Below, piece after piece: positions 34,852 to 44,727 of a DNA stretch of 64,000 nt. A model generated the notes under the pieces. That model made no database searches. It saw nothing but the letters and a program-made list of their open reading frames with translations, and was not told where the DNA came from. The stretch comes from an uncultured Lentisphaerota bacterium. Lineage in GTDB: Bacteria > Verrucomicrobiota > Kiritimatiellia > RFP12 > UBA1067. The stretch's first letter is position 1; every line of letters begins with the position of its first letter. Both the position numbers and the translations under genes were made by a program. Location: positions 320-64,319 of the forward strand of contig ONVK01000009.1 of the NCBI GenBank assembly GCA_900321255.1, given 5' to 3'.

Positions 34852-36345
34852 TCAGATCGACCAGCCGCCTATCTTGAACGCACGGCATATTTCAGAGACG
34901 AGTATCGCGATCATGAAAGCCGGCGCGATGAATTTCACCATGACGACATAAAGCCCTCTGGAACGGAACTTCCGGCCGCCTTCCTCGACCTCGTCGATGA
35001 CTGCCTTCGGCATGAGAACCCACCCGACGAAAATGCAAGTCGCCGTCGCCACGATCGGCATAAGCGCACAGTTCGTGACGAAGTCGAAGAAGTCGAGGAA
35101 CTGCATCTTGAAGAGCGTGACGTCGCCCCACGGACCGTAGCCGAGCGCGGAGAACGTCGCAAGGAACATGAGCATCGCGGCCGTGAAGAACGTGGCCGCC
35201 TTGCGCTCAAGGTGCAGCAGATCGCATACGGACGCGACGCACGCCTCGAACAGCGAAATCGCGCTCGTCGCCGCGGCGAACGTGACGAGCAGGAAGAACG
35301 CGAGGCCAATCCACGCGCCGCCCGCGCCGAGCGTCGCGAAAACCTTAGGGAGCGTGATGAACATGAGGCCGGGCCCCGCGTTCATCGCCGAGTGGACCGC
35401 CGCCTTCGTCGCCGCGGCCGCGTCGCCGCCGTGCTTCGCCAACAGCTCGGGCGTGACGCCAGTCTTGACGGCGAACATGTAGACCACGGGAATGATCATA
35501 AGGCCGGCGACGACCGCTATGATCGTGTCGAACACCTCGATGCGGCGCACTGACCCTTCGATGGAGTCCTCCTTCTTCATGTAGGAGCCGTAGGTGATCA
35601 TGATCCCCATCGAGAGCGAGAGCGAATAGAACATCTGCCCCATCGCGCCGAGAATCGTCTTGCCCATCATCGCGAGCGAGAAATGGCCGTTGACCGTGAC
35701 GGAATCGAGGTTGGGCATCAGGTAGTACCTTAGCCCGTCTCCGGAACCGGGCAGGCAAACGACGTATACGGATATCGCGACGGCCATCAGGAAGAGGATG
35801 GGCATCATGACGAGGTTGGACTTCTCGATGCCGTTCTTCACGCCAAGAACGATGACGCCGGCGCACGCGAGCACGAAGATCATGCCGTATCCGAACGGCG
35901 CGAACGGCGCGGAGATGAACCCGCTGAAGAACGCGCCCGACTCGGCTGCCGCCTCTCCCATCGGCGCGACGCCGGTGAACGCCATCACCGCGTATGCCTT
36001 GAGGTAGTAGAGCACCCATCCGCCGATGACGCAGTAGTACGGCGTGATGAAGAGCGGGACTATCGTTGCGACAATCCCCACGAAGCCCCACGCGCCGTTC
36101 AGCTTCGAGTAGGCGGTAAGCTGCGACTGCTGGGTCTTCCTTCCGATCGCGATCTCGGTGAGCATCAGCGTGAAGCCGAGCGTCACGACGAGCGCGAGGT
36201 AGACGACTATGAAGAGCCCGCCGCCGTACTGTGCCGCGAGGTAGGGGAACCTCCAGAGGTTCCCGAGTCCGATTGCCGATGCCGCCGCCGCCAGCACGAA
36301 CGCCAGCGACCCAGACCAGCTTGCACGTTTATTTCCGCTTCCCAT
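34852..36345 (-). CDS. Sodium-dependent transporter, NSS/SNF family
   Basis: LAAAASAIGLGNLWRFPYLAAQYGGGLF and 11-12 TM segments. I prefer ATG 36345; the track start is TTG 36351. Confidence 0.85.
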   Translation of the reverse strand: MGSGNKRASWSGSLAFVLAAAASAIGLGNLWRFPYLAAQYGGGLFIVVYLALVVTLGFTLMLTEIAIGRKTQQSQLTAYSKLNGAWGFVGIVATIVPLFITPYYCVIGGWVLYYLKAYAVMAFTGVAPMGEAAAESGAFFSGFISAPFAPFGYGMIFVLACAGVIVLGVKNGIEKSNLVMMPILFLMAVAISVYVVCLPGSGDGLRYYLMPNLDSVTVNGHFSLAMMGKTILGAMGQMFYSLSLSMGIMITYGSYMKKEDSIEGSVRRIEVFDTIIAVVAGLMIIPVVYMFAVKTGVTPELLAKHGGDAAAATKAAVHSAMNAGPGLMFITLPKVFATLGAGGAWIGLAFFLLVTFAAATSAISLFEACVASVCDLLHLERKAATFFTAAMLMFLATFSALGYGPWGDVTLFKMQFLDFFDFVTNCALMPIVATATCIFVGWVLMPKAVIDEVEEGGRKFRSRGLYVVMVKFIAPAFMIAILVSEICRAFKIGGWSI

Positions 36346-36359
36346 GTTCAATGAATTTC

Positions 36360-36388
36360 ATTATGGACTTTTTTGCCAGTTCTGTCAA
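36360..36388 (-). promoter_or_regulatory. Near-consensus promoter TTGACA-N17-CATAAT, 14 nt before the NSS ATG, no SD
   Basis: Minus strand reads GTATTGACAGAACTGGCAAAAAAGTCCATAATGAAATTCATTGAACATG. Confidence 0.55.
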
Positions 36389-36404
36389 TACGGCGGCAAC
36401 CACG

Positions 36405-37349
36405 TCAACCGGCCGAAGCCGTCCTCCGCGCCGCCAGGAGCTGCGTCGCGACTACAGCCACGAAGACAAGCGCGCATCCGCAGAACTGCCCCGCGGAGAG
36501 GACGTCATGGAGGACAATCCATCCCGAGAGAGCGCCGAAGACGGATTCCGTCGAAAGGACGATCGCGGCAACGGATGCGCTGGTGCGCGACTGCGCGACG
36601 TTCTGCAGCGTGTAGGCGACGCCGCTGGAGAAGACACCGCAGTAGACGAGCGGCATCGCCGCGTCCCTGACTGCGCCAAGCGAGAGCCTCGCCGTCTCAG
36701 ACGGCAGCAGGAACATGAGCGGTGCGCCCACCAGCGCGCACGTGAAAAGCTGCGACACGCTCATCACCAGAAGATCGGACGACCGCGCAAAATGGTCAAC
36801 GACCATCATCTGGATGGCGAAAAGGACGGCGCACGCGAGCGACCAGAGCTCGCCCTTCCCGATGCCCGCGAAGCTCTCGGCCGCAGCCCCTTCGCCCGTC
36901 AGGCAGATGAGATAGGTGCCGGCGAGGGCGAGCACCGCCCCGAACCAGACGTACCCGCGCGGAAGCCGCCGCGTGACGACGGACGCCAGAATCGGCACGA
37001 AGAGGACGTAGTTCGTCGTCAGAAACGCGCAGATGCCCGGCGTCGTGTAGGTCACGCCAACCTGCTGCGCGGACATCGCGAAGAAAAGCGGTATGCCGCA
37101 GAAGACGCCGGCGAGAACCGACCGACCGGCCGACCGGCCGCCCGATTCGCGCGACCCATCCGCCCGGAAGGACCTGCCCACTGCCCGGAGAGCAATGAGC
37201 GCGAGCAGGAAAAAACCGCCGAGGATGTTGCGAAGGACGGTGAACGACACGGCGCCAAGGTGGTCTGCGCCGTATTTCTGGGCAAGAAAGGCCGTTCCCC
37301 AGATGAACGTCGTGACCAGCAGCAGAAACGCGCCCGCGAAACTATGCAT
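36405..37349 (-). CDS. EamA/DMT-superfamily transporter
   Basis: MHSFAGAFLLLVTTFIWGTAFLAQKYG and 10 hydrophobic segments. The start is trimmed to ATG 37349 and overlaps the upstream permease stop by 8 nt. Confidence 0.7.
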   Translation of the reverse strand: MHSFAGAFLLLVTTFIWGTAFLAQKYGADHLGAVSFTVLRNILGGFFLLALIALRAVGRSFRADGSRESGGRSAGRSVLAGVFCGIPLFFAMSAQQVGVTYTTPGICAFLTTNYVLFVPILASVVTRRLPRGYVWFGAVLALAGTYLICLTGEGAAAESFAGIGKGELWSLACAVLFAIQMMVVDHFARSSDLLVMSVSQLFTCALVGAPLMFLLPSETARLSLGAVRDAAMPLVYCGVFSSGVAYTLQNVAQSRTSASVAAIVLSTESVFGALSGWIVLHDVLSAGQFCGCALVFVAVVATQLLAARRTASAG

Positions 37350-37992
37350 AGTAGGCGTAGCGCTTCTCCAGCTGGCCCATGGCGAAGGCAACGAGATAGT
37401 TGAAGATATAGTAGAACACCGCCGCCGCGATGAGCGGCGTCATCGTCGTGTTGGCGGACGAGAGCTGCTTCGCGATCGTAAACATCTCGGTGACGGCGAT
37501 GGTGAAGGCGAGCGAGGTGTCCTTCACAAGCGTGATCACTTCGTTGCCGACGGCGGGGATGACGCGCTTTACCGTCTGCGGGAGGACGATGCGGAAGAAA
37601 GTCTGCGCACGCGACAGCCCCAGCGCCTTCGCCGCCTCGTGCTGCCCGGGGTCGATGGAGAGTATGCCGCCGCGGTAGATCTCGGCGAAGTAGGCGCCGT
37701 AGTTGAGGCCGAACGCGAGCACAGTCGCCAGAAGCCGCGGATAGCGCGAGAGCGGCATGCCGAAGAGGATGTAGGGCGCGAAGTACACGAATATGATCTG
37801 GAGCATGAGCGGCGTGCCGCGCACGATCGAGATCCACACCCCGATGAGGCCCGAAAGGAGCCGGTTCCTCGACATGCGCCCAAGCGCCAGCGGGAAGCCG
37901 AGCGGCAGCGCTATCAGCAGCGTGAAGGCGAATATCTCAAGCGAGGTGCCGAGCCCCCGCAGGAGATCCGCCAGCATCGACGCAACCGTCAT
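37342..37992 (-). CDS. Amino-acid ABC transporter permease (His/Glu/Gln/Arg family)
   Basis: EAAKALGLSRAQTFFRIVLPQTVKRVIPAVGNEVITLVKDTSLAF (EAA loop). Confidence 0.85.
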   Translation of the reverse strand: MTVASMLADLLRGLGTSLEIFAFTLLIALPLGFPLALGRMSRNRLLSGLIGVWISIVRGTPLMLQIIFVYFAPYILFGMPLSRYPRLLATVLAFGLNYGAYFAEIYRGGILSIDPGQHEAAKALGLSRAQTFFRIVLPQTVKRVIPAVGNEVITLVKDTSLAFTIAVTEMFTIAKQLSSANTTMTPLIAAAVFYYIFNYLVAFAMGQLEKRYAYYA

Positions 37993-37993
37993 C

Positions 37994-38764
37994 TCACTTG
38001 AGGATGAGCGCCTGCGGCTCTATGCCGTACTGCGCGGCGATTTTCGCCATCGTGCCGTCCTCGGCGATCTTCCTGAGCTCGGATTCGACTTCGTCCTTGA
38101 GGGCGACATTGCCCTTCTTGAAGCCGATGCCGTACGTCTCGGTCATCACGATCTCGCCGAGGATCTCGAACTTCCCGGGGAGGTCGGCCATCTTGCGCTT
38201 CGCGACACCTACGTCCATAGCGACCGCATCGACGCCGCCCATGTTGAGCTCGTTGACGGCCTGGTTGTAGTTCGGCATCACGACGAGGTCCTTGAACGTC
38301 GCGCCGAGCTCCTTCTTGTCGCCGTCCTTGGAGAGCGCCTTCTGGACCGGAGTGTCGGTCTGCACGCCGACGATCTTGCCCTTGAGGTCGGCGAGCGTCT
38401 TGATCTGCGAGCCGGCCTTGACGAGAACGACCTGCGAGTTGTCGACGTAGGGAACGGTCCACGTGTAGCCGTCTTCGCGGCCCTGCATCGTGAAGCCGTT
38501 CCAGATGCAGTCGATGGAGCCGGAGTTGAGCTCCATGTCCTTCGCATCCCAGTTGATCGGGTTGGCGACGAACTTCCAGCCCTTCCTCGCGCACACTTCG
38601 CGCGCGAGGTCGAGGTCGAAGCCCTTGTATTCAGCGCCGTCCTTGTAGCCGTAGGGCGGGAAGTCGGCGTCGAAGCCAACCGTGAACTTTCTTGTTCCGT
38701 CGTCCCTTTCGCCGCATCCGGCGAGCACTGCGGCGGCGGCAAGTGCGATAAGTATTTTCTTCAT
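37994..38764 (-). CDS. Amino-acid ABC transporter substrate-binding lipoprotein
   Basis: MKKILIALAAAAVLAGCG lipobox. Family-3 SBP-like regions FTVGFDADFPPYGY, WDAKDMELNSGSIDCIWNG and GVQTDTP. Confidence 0.85.
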   Translation of the reverse strand: MKKILIALAAAAVLAGCGERDDGTRKFTVGFDADFPPYGYKDGAEYKGFDLDLAREVCARKGWKFVANPINWDAKDMELNSGSIDCIWNGFTMQGREDGYTWTVPYVDNSQVVLVKAGSQIKTLADLKGKIVGVQTDTPVQKALSKDGDKKELGATFKDLVVMPNYNQAVNELNMGGVDAVAMDVGVAKRKMADLPGKFEILGEIVMTETYGIGFKKGNVALKDEVESELRKIAEDGTMAKIAAQYGIEPQALILK

Positions 38765-38815
38765 GGCATGTGCCTTTCTGTTGATTGCTTTTTGCTTTCT
38801 GCGCGCGACGGCCCG

Positions 38816-40843
38816 TCACGCCTTGCGGCCGGTGAGAGCGCGGATGAAGCCCTCGAGGTTTGCGGACTCCTCGAGCGTGATCACTCCGTCCGCCCTCGCG
38901 TCGTCGAGCGCCTTCCTGAACTCCTCCTGGCCTTCCTGCGCGGCCTCCTTCCCGTCGATCTTTCCGTCCGAGAGGATCGCGTCCGCCATGTGCGTGAGCT
39001 CCGCGGCGAACGCCCTGTTGTTGACGCTCTGGGCGAACTTGCGGAACACCGCCGGCATCGAACCCTCCGCAACCGCGCCCTTGACGACGAGCTTGAGGAA
39101 GAACAGCGTCGCGAGCATGAGCAGCACCGCGAGCGGGAGCGCGATCCACGCCGAGCCCACGAACGGCGCCACGATGTAGGCGGCGAACGAGACGGCCGCG
39201 ACGGTGAGCGCGTAGGGGAGCTGCGTGTTGACGTGCACGATGTGGTTGCACTGCGCGCCCGCCGACGCCATGATCGTCGTGTCGGAGATCGGCGAGCAGT
39301 GGTCGCCGCAGACCGCGCCGGCCATGCAGGCGGAGACGGCGATGATCGTCATCGAAGAGCCCGGAATCGCCGCGAGGACGATCGGGATGAGTATGCCGAA
39401 CGTACCCCAGCTCGTGCCGGTCGAGAACGCGAGTATGATCGCGATGACGAAGATGATCGCGGGGAGGAAGTTCCAGAGTCCCGCTGCGGGGCCGCTGATG
39501 ATGTCGGAGATGAAGACCTTCGCGCCGAGCGAGTCGGTCATCGCCTTGAGCGTCCACGCGCAGCAGAGGATCATGATCGCGGGGACCATCGCCTTGAAGC
39601 CCTCGGGGAACGCGTCCATGCAGTCGCGGAACGAGATGACGCGGCGGCAGATGTAGAACACGACGGCGAATACGATCGCCGCGATGGAGCCGAGCGCGAG
39701 CCCGACGGAAGCGTCGGAGTCGGAAAACGCCTTCACGAAGTCGCCCGAGTTGTCGCCGCCGAAATAGCCGCCCGAGTAGATCATGCCGACCATGCAGCAC
39801 GCGATGAGGACGAGCACGGGGATGACGAGGTCGATGACGCGCCCGCGATCGTTCTTGGCGAGCGCCTCCGTCGCGTCCTCGATCGCGCCGAGGTCTGGCT
39901 CGCCGGCGGAGGTGGCCGCCTCGTGGCGCTTCATCGGCCCGAAGTCGAACTTCATGAACGCGAGCGCGAACATGGCGACGATCGTGAGGATGGCGTAGAA
40001 GTTGTAGGGAATCGCGTTGATGAAGAGCGAGAAGCCGCTCTCCGCGCCTGCGCCCTTGGCGAAGCCGGCGACCGCAGCCGCCCAGCTCGAGATCGGCGCG
40101 ATGATGCAGATGGGCGCGGCCGTCGCGTCGATGAGGTACGCGAGCTTAGCGCGCGAAACCCTCTTCGCGTCAGTGACCGGACGCATCACGCTGCCGACGG
40201 TGAGGCAGTTGAAGTAGTCGTCGACGAAGATGAGCATGCCGAGGATTATCGTCGCGACCTGCGCGCCGATCCTCGACTTGATGTGCGTCTGCGCCCACCT
40301 TCCGAAAGCCGCCGACGCGCCCGTCTTGTTCATCATCGCGACGAGCGAGCCGAGGAGCACGAGGAAGAAAAGTATGCCGATGTTGTAGCCGTCCGCTATC
40401 GAGCCGATGAAGCCGTCCTTCACGACGTGCGTCATCGTCCCCTCGAGGGCGAAGCCGGAGTAGAGAAGCCCGCCGGAGACAATGCCAATGAAGAGCGACG
40501 AGTACACCTCCTTCGTGATAAGCGCGAGGAAGATCGCGAGGAGCGGCGGGAAGATCGCCCACCAAGTGCCGAAGAACCGGTTCTCGGTGCGGATCGTCGC
40601 GAGCGCCTTCGCCTCGTTCGCCTTGAACTCCTTGTCGTTCTGGACGTTGTCCGCATAGGAGTCGATGTACGACTTCGCGCCCTTGACGTCGTCCGCGTCC
40701 GCGACAACAGCGAGGTTGTACGTGTTCGTCGCGTCGTCAACGACGACGGAAACCGGATACGCCGGCGTTTCCGCCGGCGCATCGCCTTCCGCGAACGCGA
40801 ACGTGGCGGAAAGCACCGCGGCCGCGATCAGGATGTTCTTCAT
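38816..40843 (-). CDS. NhaC-family Na+/H+ antiporter-like membrane protein with N- and C-terminal extensions
   Basis: FFGTWWAIFPPLLAIFLALITKEVYSSLFIGIVSGGLLY with many TM segments. The soluble C-terminal ~100 aa (ILSDGKIDGKEAAQ...DGVITLEE) looks TerB/DjlA-like. Confidence 0.7.
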   Translation of the reverse strand: MKNILIAAAVLSATFAFAEGDAPAETPAYPVSVVVDDATNTYNLAVVADADDVKGAKSYIDSYADNVQNDKEFKANEAKALATIRTENRFFGTWWAIFPPLLAIFLALITKEVYSSLFIGIVSGGLLYSGFALEGTMTHVVKDGFIGSIADGYNIGILFFLVLLGSLVAMMNKTGASAAFGRWAQTHIKSRIGAQVATIILGMLIFVDDYFNCLTVGSVMRPVTDAKRVSRAKLAYLIDATAAPICIIAPISSWAAAVAGFAKGAGAESGFSLFINAIPYNFYAILTIVAMFALAFMKFDFGPMKRHEAATSAGEPDLGAIEDATEALAKNDRGRVIDLVIPVLVLIACCMVGMIYSGGYFGGDNSGDFVKAFSDSDASVGLALGSIAAIVFAVVFYICRRVISFRDCMDAFPEGFKAMVPAIMILCCAWTLKAMTDSLGAKVFISDIISGPAAGLWNFLPAIIFVIAIILAFSTGTSWGTFGILIPIVLAAIPGSSMTIIAVSACMAGAVCGDHCSPISDTTIMASAGAQCNHIVHVNTQLPYALTVAAVSFAAYIVAPFVGSAWIALPLAVLLMLATLFFLKLVVKGAVAEGSMPAVFRKFAQSVNNRAFAAELTHMADAILSDGKIDGKEAAQEGQEEFRKALDDARADGVITLEESANLEGFIRALTGRKA

Positions 40844-40870
40844 GTCATTGTCTCCGTTTGATGCCAGAGA

Positions 40871-41776
40871 TTAGAACGCGAGGCTGACGGAGACACCGCC
40901 GTAGAGTATCCCGTTGTACGACTTGTGCGTGTTGTCGACCGAGTAGGAGTCCCATCCCGGGCAGTGGCGCACGCGGTGGTCGATCTTGTAGAGGTAGTTG
41001 AGGTTCGCGCCGATCGAAAGGTTGTCGGTGATCGCATAGCTCAGGGAGATGCCGTTGTCCCAGCCTCCGAACACGGTGTCGGTCAGCTCGCCGCCGGAGA
41101 TGTACTTTGCGTACTCCGAAGTGTAGAGCGTCGTCTTGGAGGTGAGCTTGAGCGAGAGCTGCTCGGTAAGCTCGAAGCTGCGGGAGAGCGCGAAGTCGAT
41201 CATGAACGCCTCGTCCGGCTTGTTGTCATGGCAGTACTCCCAGAAGAACTTGATGCTCGGGACGACGAACTCGTTGTCGTACTCGGCACCGACCGTCCAG
41301 AACTTCTGAGACCCCCATCCGCAGCGCGGGTAGGTGTACCAGAGGTGGGAGGCGGTGAGGTTCACCGGCCCGATGGAGTTGCCGTAGATGATCTCGTAGT
41401 CGAACTCACCGAATCCGCCGAGCCGCTTGCCGCCGTTGCCGGTCGAAGGAGAGCTGTTCCTCTTGTGGAGTTCCTGGTTGGCCCAGATGTCGGCCGCGAT
41501 CCAGCCGAAGTTCTCGGGGAGGTTCAGCTGCAGCCAGAGGTCGTACTGCGCCACCGGCTTGTCGGAGAAGATTCGGTTGTGGGAGACGTAGGACGATTTG
41601 ACGTCGAGCTGAAGCGCGACCTCGAACAGCGGGGAATCCTCCTCCGCCTCCGTCGTCTCCGCTTCCGCCGCCTCGGGCTTCGCAGCCTCGTTCTGTGCGG
41701 GCGTATCCTCGGCCTGCGCCGTGAATGTTACGGCCGCGGCGGCCACTGCGCCAAGCGTGATCATCAGTTTTTTCAT
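40871..41776 (-). CDS. Putative outer-membrane beta-barrel (porin-like) protein
   Basis: Signal peptide MKKLMITLGAVAAAAVTFTAQA. Alternating amphipathic strands. The C-terminus ...YGGVSVSLAF has the aromatic last residue typical of OMPs. The track start at 42046 is an unlikely Ser/Arg-rich extension. Confidence 0.6.
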   Translation of the reverse strand: MKKLMITLGAVAAAAVTFTAQAEDTPAQNEAAKPEAAEAETTEAEEDSPLFEVALQLDVKSSYVSHNRIFSDKPVAQYDLWLQLNLPENFGWIAADIWANQELHKRNSSPSTGNGGKRLGGFGEFDYEIIYGNSIGPVNLTASHLWYTYPRCGWGSQKFWTVGAEYDNEFVVPSIKFFWEYCHDNKPDEAFMIDFALSRSFELTEQLSLKLTSKTTLYTSEYAKYISGGELTDTVFGGWDNGISLSYAITDNLSIGANLNYLYKIDHRVRHCPGWDSYSVDNTHKSYNGILYGGVSVSLAF

Positions 41777-41813
41777 GTTTTTTCTCCTTTGGTGTTTTTG
41801 TCGGGAAATCAGT

Positions 41814-42674
41814 TCACTTCTCAGGATTGTTTCCTGCGAGCAGATCCTTGAGCCGCGCGAGCTCGTCCTCGGAAACTTCGCGGTCCTTGAGAATGTCGAA
41901 GAGCTCGGACTTGACCTTGTCGCGGAATTCGGTGCCGACGCGCACCTTGCCCAGGAACTCGCCGAGGCGCCCGTCGTGCCTGCCGTCGAAGATCTCTGCC
42001 GGCGTTCCCTCGGCGGCGATCCTGCCTCCCTCCAGGAAGAGGACACGCGTCGCGACGTCGCGCGCGAAGCGCATCTCGTGGGTGACGACGACCATCGTCA
42101 TGCCGTGCTTCGCGAGATCCTTCATGACGTCCAGAACCTCGCCGACCATCTCGGGGTCGAGCGCGGAGGTCGGCTCGTCGAAGAGCATCACCTTCGGCTC
42201 CATCGCGAGCGAACGCACGATGGCGACGCGCTGCTTCTGCCCGCCGGAGAGCTGCTGCGGATACGCCTTGGCCTTGTCTTCGAGGCCGACGAGGCGAAGC
42301 AGTTCCATCGCCTTCCTCTCGGCTTCCGCGGCAGATGCGCCGCGCACGAGCTTCGGGGCGAGCGTTATGTTGTCGAGGATCGTGAGGTGGGGAAAGAGGT
42401 TGAAGTGCTGGAAGACCATGCCCATCTCGCTGCGGACGCGGTTCTTCGTCTTGTCGTCCGCGCTGACGATGTCGATCCCGTCGAAGATTATCGAGCCCTC
42501 GGTCGGCTGCTCCAGGAGGTTCATGCAGCGGAGGAACGTCGACTTGCCGCCGCCGGAAGGCCCGATCATCACCACGACCTCGCCCTTGCGGATCTCGGTC
42601 GAGAGCCCCTTCAGCACCTCGAGCTTGCCGAAGCTCTTCTTCAGGTTTTCTATCTTGAGCAGTGTTTCAGACAT
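41814..42674 (-). CDS. Amino-acid ABC transporter ATP-binding protein
   Basis: Walker [10 protein letters not shown], signature [11 protein letters not shown] and Walker [13 protein letters not shown] prefer ATG 42674. Confidence 0.9.
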   Translation of the reverse strand: MSETLLKIENLKKSFGKLEVLKGLSTEIRKGEVVVMIGPSGGGKSTFLRCMNLLEQPTEGSIIFDGIDIVSADDKTKNRVRSEMGMVFQHFNLFPHLTILDNITLAPKLVRGASAAEAERKAMELLRLVGLEDKAKAYPQQLSGGQKQRVAIVRSLAMEPKVMLFDEPTSALDPEMVGEVLDVMKDLAKHGMTMVVVTHEMRFARDVATRVLFLEGGRIAAEGTPAEIFDGRHDGRLGEFLGKVRVGTEFRDKVKSELFDILKDREVSEDELARLKDLLAGNNPEK

Positions 42675-42693
42675 AGTGGTTCGTGTCAACCTT

Positions 42694-43425
42694 TCAACTG
42701 TCGTTGTGCACGGGATCGGCCCCGGTGTTCCTGAGGTGGCGCTCAAGCTTGCCGAGGAGCCAGGTGAACGTCATGACAAGCATGAGGTAGACCGCCGCGA
42801 CAGTCAGGTACGGGAGGTACACGGAGTACGTCTGCGAGCGGATTATGTCGCCGCCCTTCGCAAGGTCGATGAGCGCGATGTAGCCGACGATTGACGTATC
42901 CTTCATGAGGACGATGAACTCGTTTCCGAGGGCGGGGAGGACGTTCCTCACCGCCTGCGGAAGAATGATCTTGAGCATCGCGCGCCAGTAGCTCAGGCCA
43001 AGCGCGCGGCCCGCCTCCATCTGGCCAGGGTCGATGGACTCGATTCCCGCGCGCAGTATCTCGGCCTGGTACGCGCCGGAGTTGATGCCGAACGCGAGGA
43101 TCGCGATCAGCACCTTGGAGTCGACGGACTTCAGGATTATGTAGTAGGTTATGAGGAGCTGCACGACCATGGGCGTGCCGCGGATGATCGTGAGGTATAC
43201 CTTGCTGACTGCGTTTAGAAACGAGAAGTACCCGTACTTGTTGTGGCTTGAGCGTATGACCGCGACGAGGAAGCCGATGACGAGGCCGAGCAGGATGGCG
43301 AAGAGCGCGACCTCGAGCGTTACGCCGAGGCCGCGCAGCAGATACTCGCCCCTCAGGGAGCCGTCACCGGCGGGCTTAAGAAAGCAGAGATAGAATTCGT
43401 CGCAGAAGGCCTGCCACATGAGCAA
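42694..43425 (-). CDS. Amino-acid ABC transporter permease
   Basis: [46 protein letters not shown] (EAA loop). Confidence 0.85.
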   Translation of the reverse strand: MLMWQAFCDEFYLCFLKPAGDGSLRGEYLLRGLGVTLEVALFAILLGLVIGFLVAVIRSSHNKYGYFSFLNAVSKVYLTIIRGTPMVVQLLITYYIILKSVDSKVLIAILAFGINSGAYQAEILRAGIESIDPGQMEAGRALGLSYWRAMLKIILPQAVRNVLPALGNEFIVLMKDTSIVGYIALIDLAKGGDIIRSQTYSVYLPYLTVAAVYLMLVMTFTWLLGKLERHLRNTGADPVHNDS

Positions 43426-43429
43426 CGCC

Positions 43430-44197
43430 TCACTTGTCCTTCAGCTTGTCGGCCTCGGCCGTGAAATCGGCGACCCACTTCTCGAGGCGGCCGTCGGCCT
43501 TGACCTCGGCAATCGTCTCGTTGATCGTCTTGAGAAGCTCGGGCTGGCCCTTCTTGATGGCGATCGCGTACTCCTCGGAAGTGATGAAGTCGGATATCGC
43601 GAGCGTATCCTCGCCCTTCACGCAGTTCTTGGCGGGATCGATGTCGGCGATAACGAACTCGACGCGTCCCGCCTTGAGCGCGGCCACGGCCTCGGCCGGG
43701 GACTTCGTGCGCTCGGGCTCCTGCTTGAGCTCGTCGGTGACGAACGTCTCGCTCGTCGTGCCTCCCTGCACGCCGATCTTCTTCCCCTTGAGCTGAGCCG
43801 TGTCCTTGAAGGGATTGCCCTTCTTGTAGACGACGACGATTCCCGTCTTGACGTAGGGGTCGGAGAAGTCCACGTTCTTCTTGCGGTCCTCGGTGACGGT
43901 GATGCCGGCAGCCGCGAGATGGGCCTTGCCCGAAATCACCGCCGGAATAACGGAGTCGAAGTCGACGGTCTCGCACTGGAAGTTCTTGCCGAGCTTCTGC
44001 GCGACGGCGCGGCATATCTCGACGTCTATGCCGACGATCTCCTGCCCGCGCAGGAACTCGTACGGAGGGAACGTCGCCTCCGTGATCATCTTGACGGTGT
44101 CGTCCTTGTTGTCCGCACACCCGCACACCAGCGCGGACATAGCCGCGCACGCAACCCAGCTGCAAAACAGCCGCCGTGTAGTAGTTTTCGTAATCAT
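43430..44197 (-). CDS. Amino-acid ABC transporter substrate-binding lipoprotein
   Basis: MITKTTTRRLFCSWVACAAMSALVCGC lipobox. TEATFPPYEF, DSVIPAVISGKAHLAAAGITVT and GVQGGTTSE. I prefer ATG 44197 because the promoter lies inside the longer track ORF. Confidence 0.8.
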   Translation of the reverse strand: MITKTTTRRLFCSWVACAAMSALVCGCADNKDDTVKMITEATFPPYEFLRGQEIVGIDVEICRAVAQKLGKNFQCETVDFDSVIPAVISGKAHLAAAGITVTEDRKKNVDFSDPYVKTGIVVVYKKGNPFKDTAQLKGKKIGVQGGTTSETFVTDELKQEPERTKSPAEAVAALKAGRVEFVIADIDPAKNCVKGEDTLAISDFITSEEYAIAIKKGQPELLKTINETIAEVKADGRLEKWVADFTAEADKLKDK

Positions 44198-44207
44198 GGT
44201 AACGTGT

Positions 44208-44236
44208 AGTATACCAAAAAGAGAGGCCCGCGGCAA
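44208..44236 (-). promoter_or_regulatory. Promoter TTGCCG-N17-(TTTTTGG)TATACT, 10 nt before the ABC operon ATG
   Basis: Minus strand reads GGCCCGCGGATTGCCGCGGGCCTCTCTTTTTGGTATACTACACGTTACCATG. The -35 lies in the rplO terminator hairpin. Confidence 0.45.
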
Positions 44237-44246
44237 TCCGCGGGCC
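44215..44246 (-). terminator. Intrinsic terminator ending the ribosomal protein cluster after rplO
   Basis: GGCCCGCGG-ATTG-CCGCGGGCC (9-bp stem) followed by TCTCTTTTTGG. Confidence 0.7.
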
Positions 44247-44273
44247 CATCTTTTTGCCTGTCTCCCGAAAGCG

Positions 44274-44711
44274 TCAGGCGACCGAGCCGCCGGCCTTCTC
44301 GATCTTCGCCTTCGCGGAGGCCGAGCAGGGAACCTTGACGGTGAGCTTCTTGGTGAGCTCGCCGTTGCCGAGGATCTTGATCTTCGGACGCTTGTTGTCG
44401 GAGAAGCCGGCCTTGGCGAGCGTCTCGACGGTCACCTCGGCTCCCGCCTCGAACTTCTTCTCGAGGTCGGAGACGTTGACGGCGAGCGCCTTGGCGTTGA
44501 AGCGGGCGTTGTTGAAGCCGCGCTTCGGCAGACGACGGACGAGCGGCATCTGGCCGCCTTCGAACGTCAGCTTGTGCTTGTGGCCCTTGCGAGCGCCCGC
44601 GCCCTTGTGTCCGCGGGTGGAGGTCTTGCCCATGCCCGAACCGCAGCCGCGGCCGACGCGCTTCCTGCGCGAGCGGGCTCCGGGGGTGTTAGTCAAGTTA
44701 TGCAGTTCCAT
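44274..44711 (-). CDS. rplO: 50S ribosomal protein L15
   Basis: RRKRVGRGCGSGMGKTSTRGHKG. Confidence 0.95.
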   Translation of the reverse strand: MELHNLTNTPGARSRRKRVGRGCGSGMGKTSTRGHKGAGARKGHKHKLTFEGGQMPLVRRLPKRGFNNARFNAKALAVNVSDLEKKFEAGAEVTVETLAKAGFSDNKRPKIKILGNGELTKKLTVKVPCSASAKAKIEKAGGSVA

Positions 44712-44727
44712 CTTGTGATTCCTTTCC

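Noticed and set aside
37793-40861. 1022-aa plus-strand ORF. Similar very long plus-strand ORFs occur at 4103-6127, 26960-29050, 7777-9375, 28707-30053, 31806-33683, 49823-51025 and 51683-52981.
   Set aside because: Extreme Arg/Asp/Glu/Gly/Val composition with no recognisable motifs. Each lies exactly antisense to a minus-strand gene with clear homology-type motifs. They are typical stop-poor shadow frames of a high-GC genome.
40871-42046. N-terminal extensions of several track ORFs (40871-42046, 23587-24702, 48045-48569, 50958-51422, 41814-42746, 11436-16403, 9384-11312).
   Set aside because: The extensions are Ser/Arg/Pro-rich, overlap the upstream gene or promoter, and precede an internal ATG with a proper signal peptide, a conserved N-terminus or an SD. 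Starts were trimmed accordingly.
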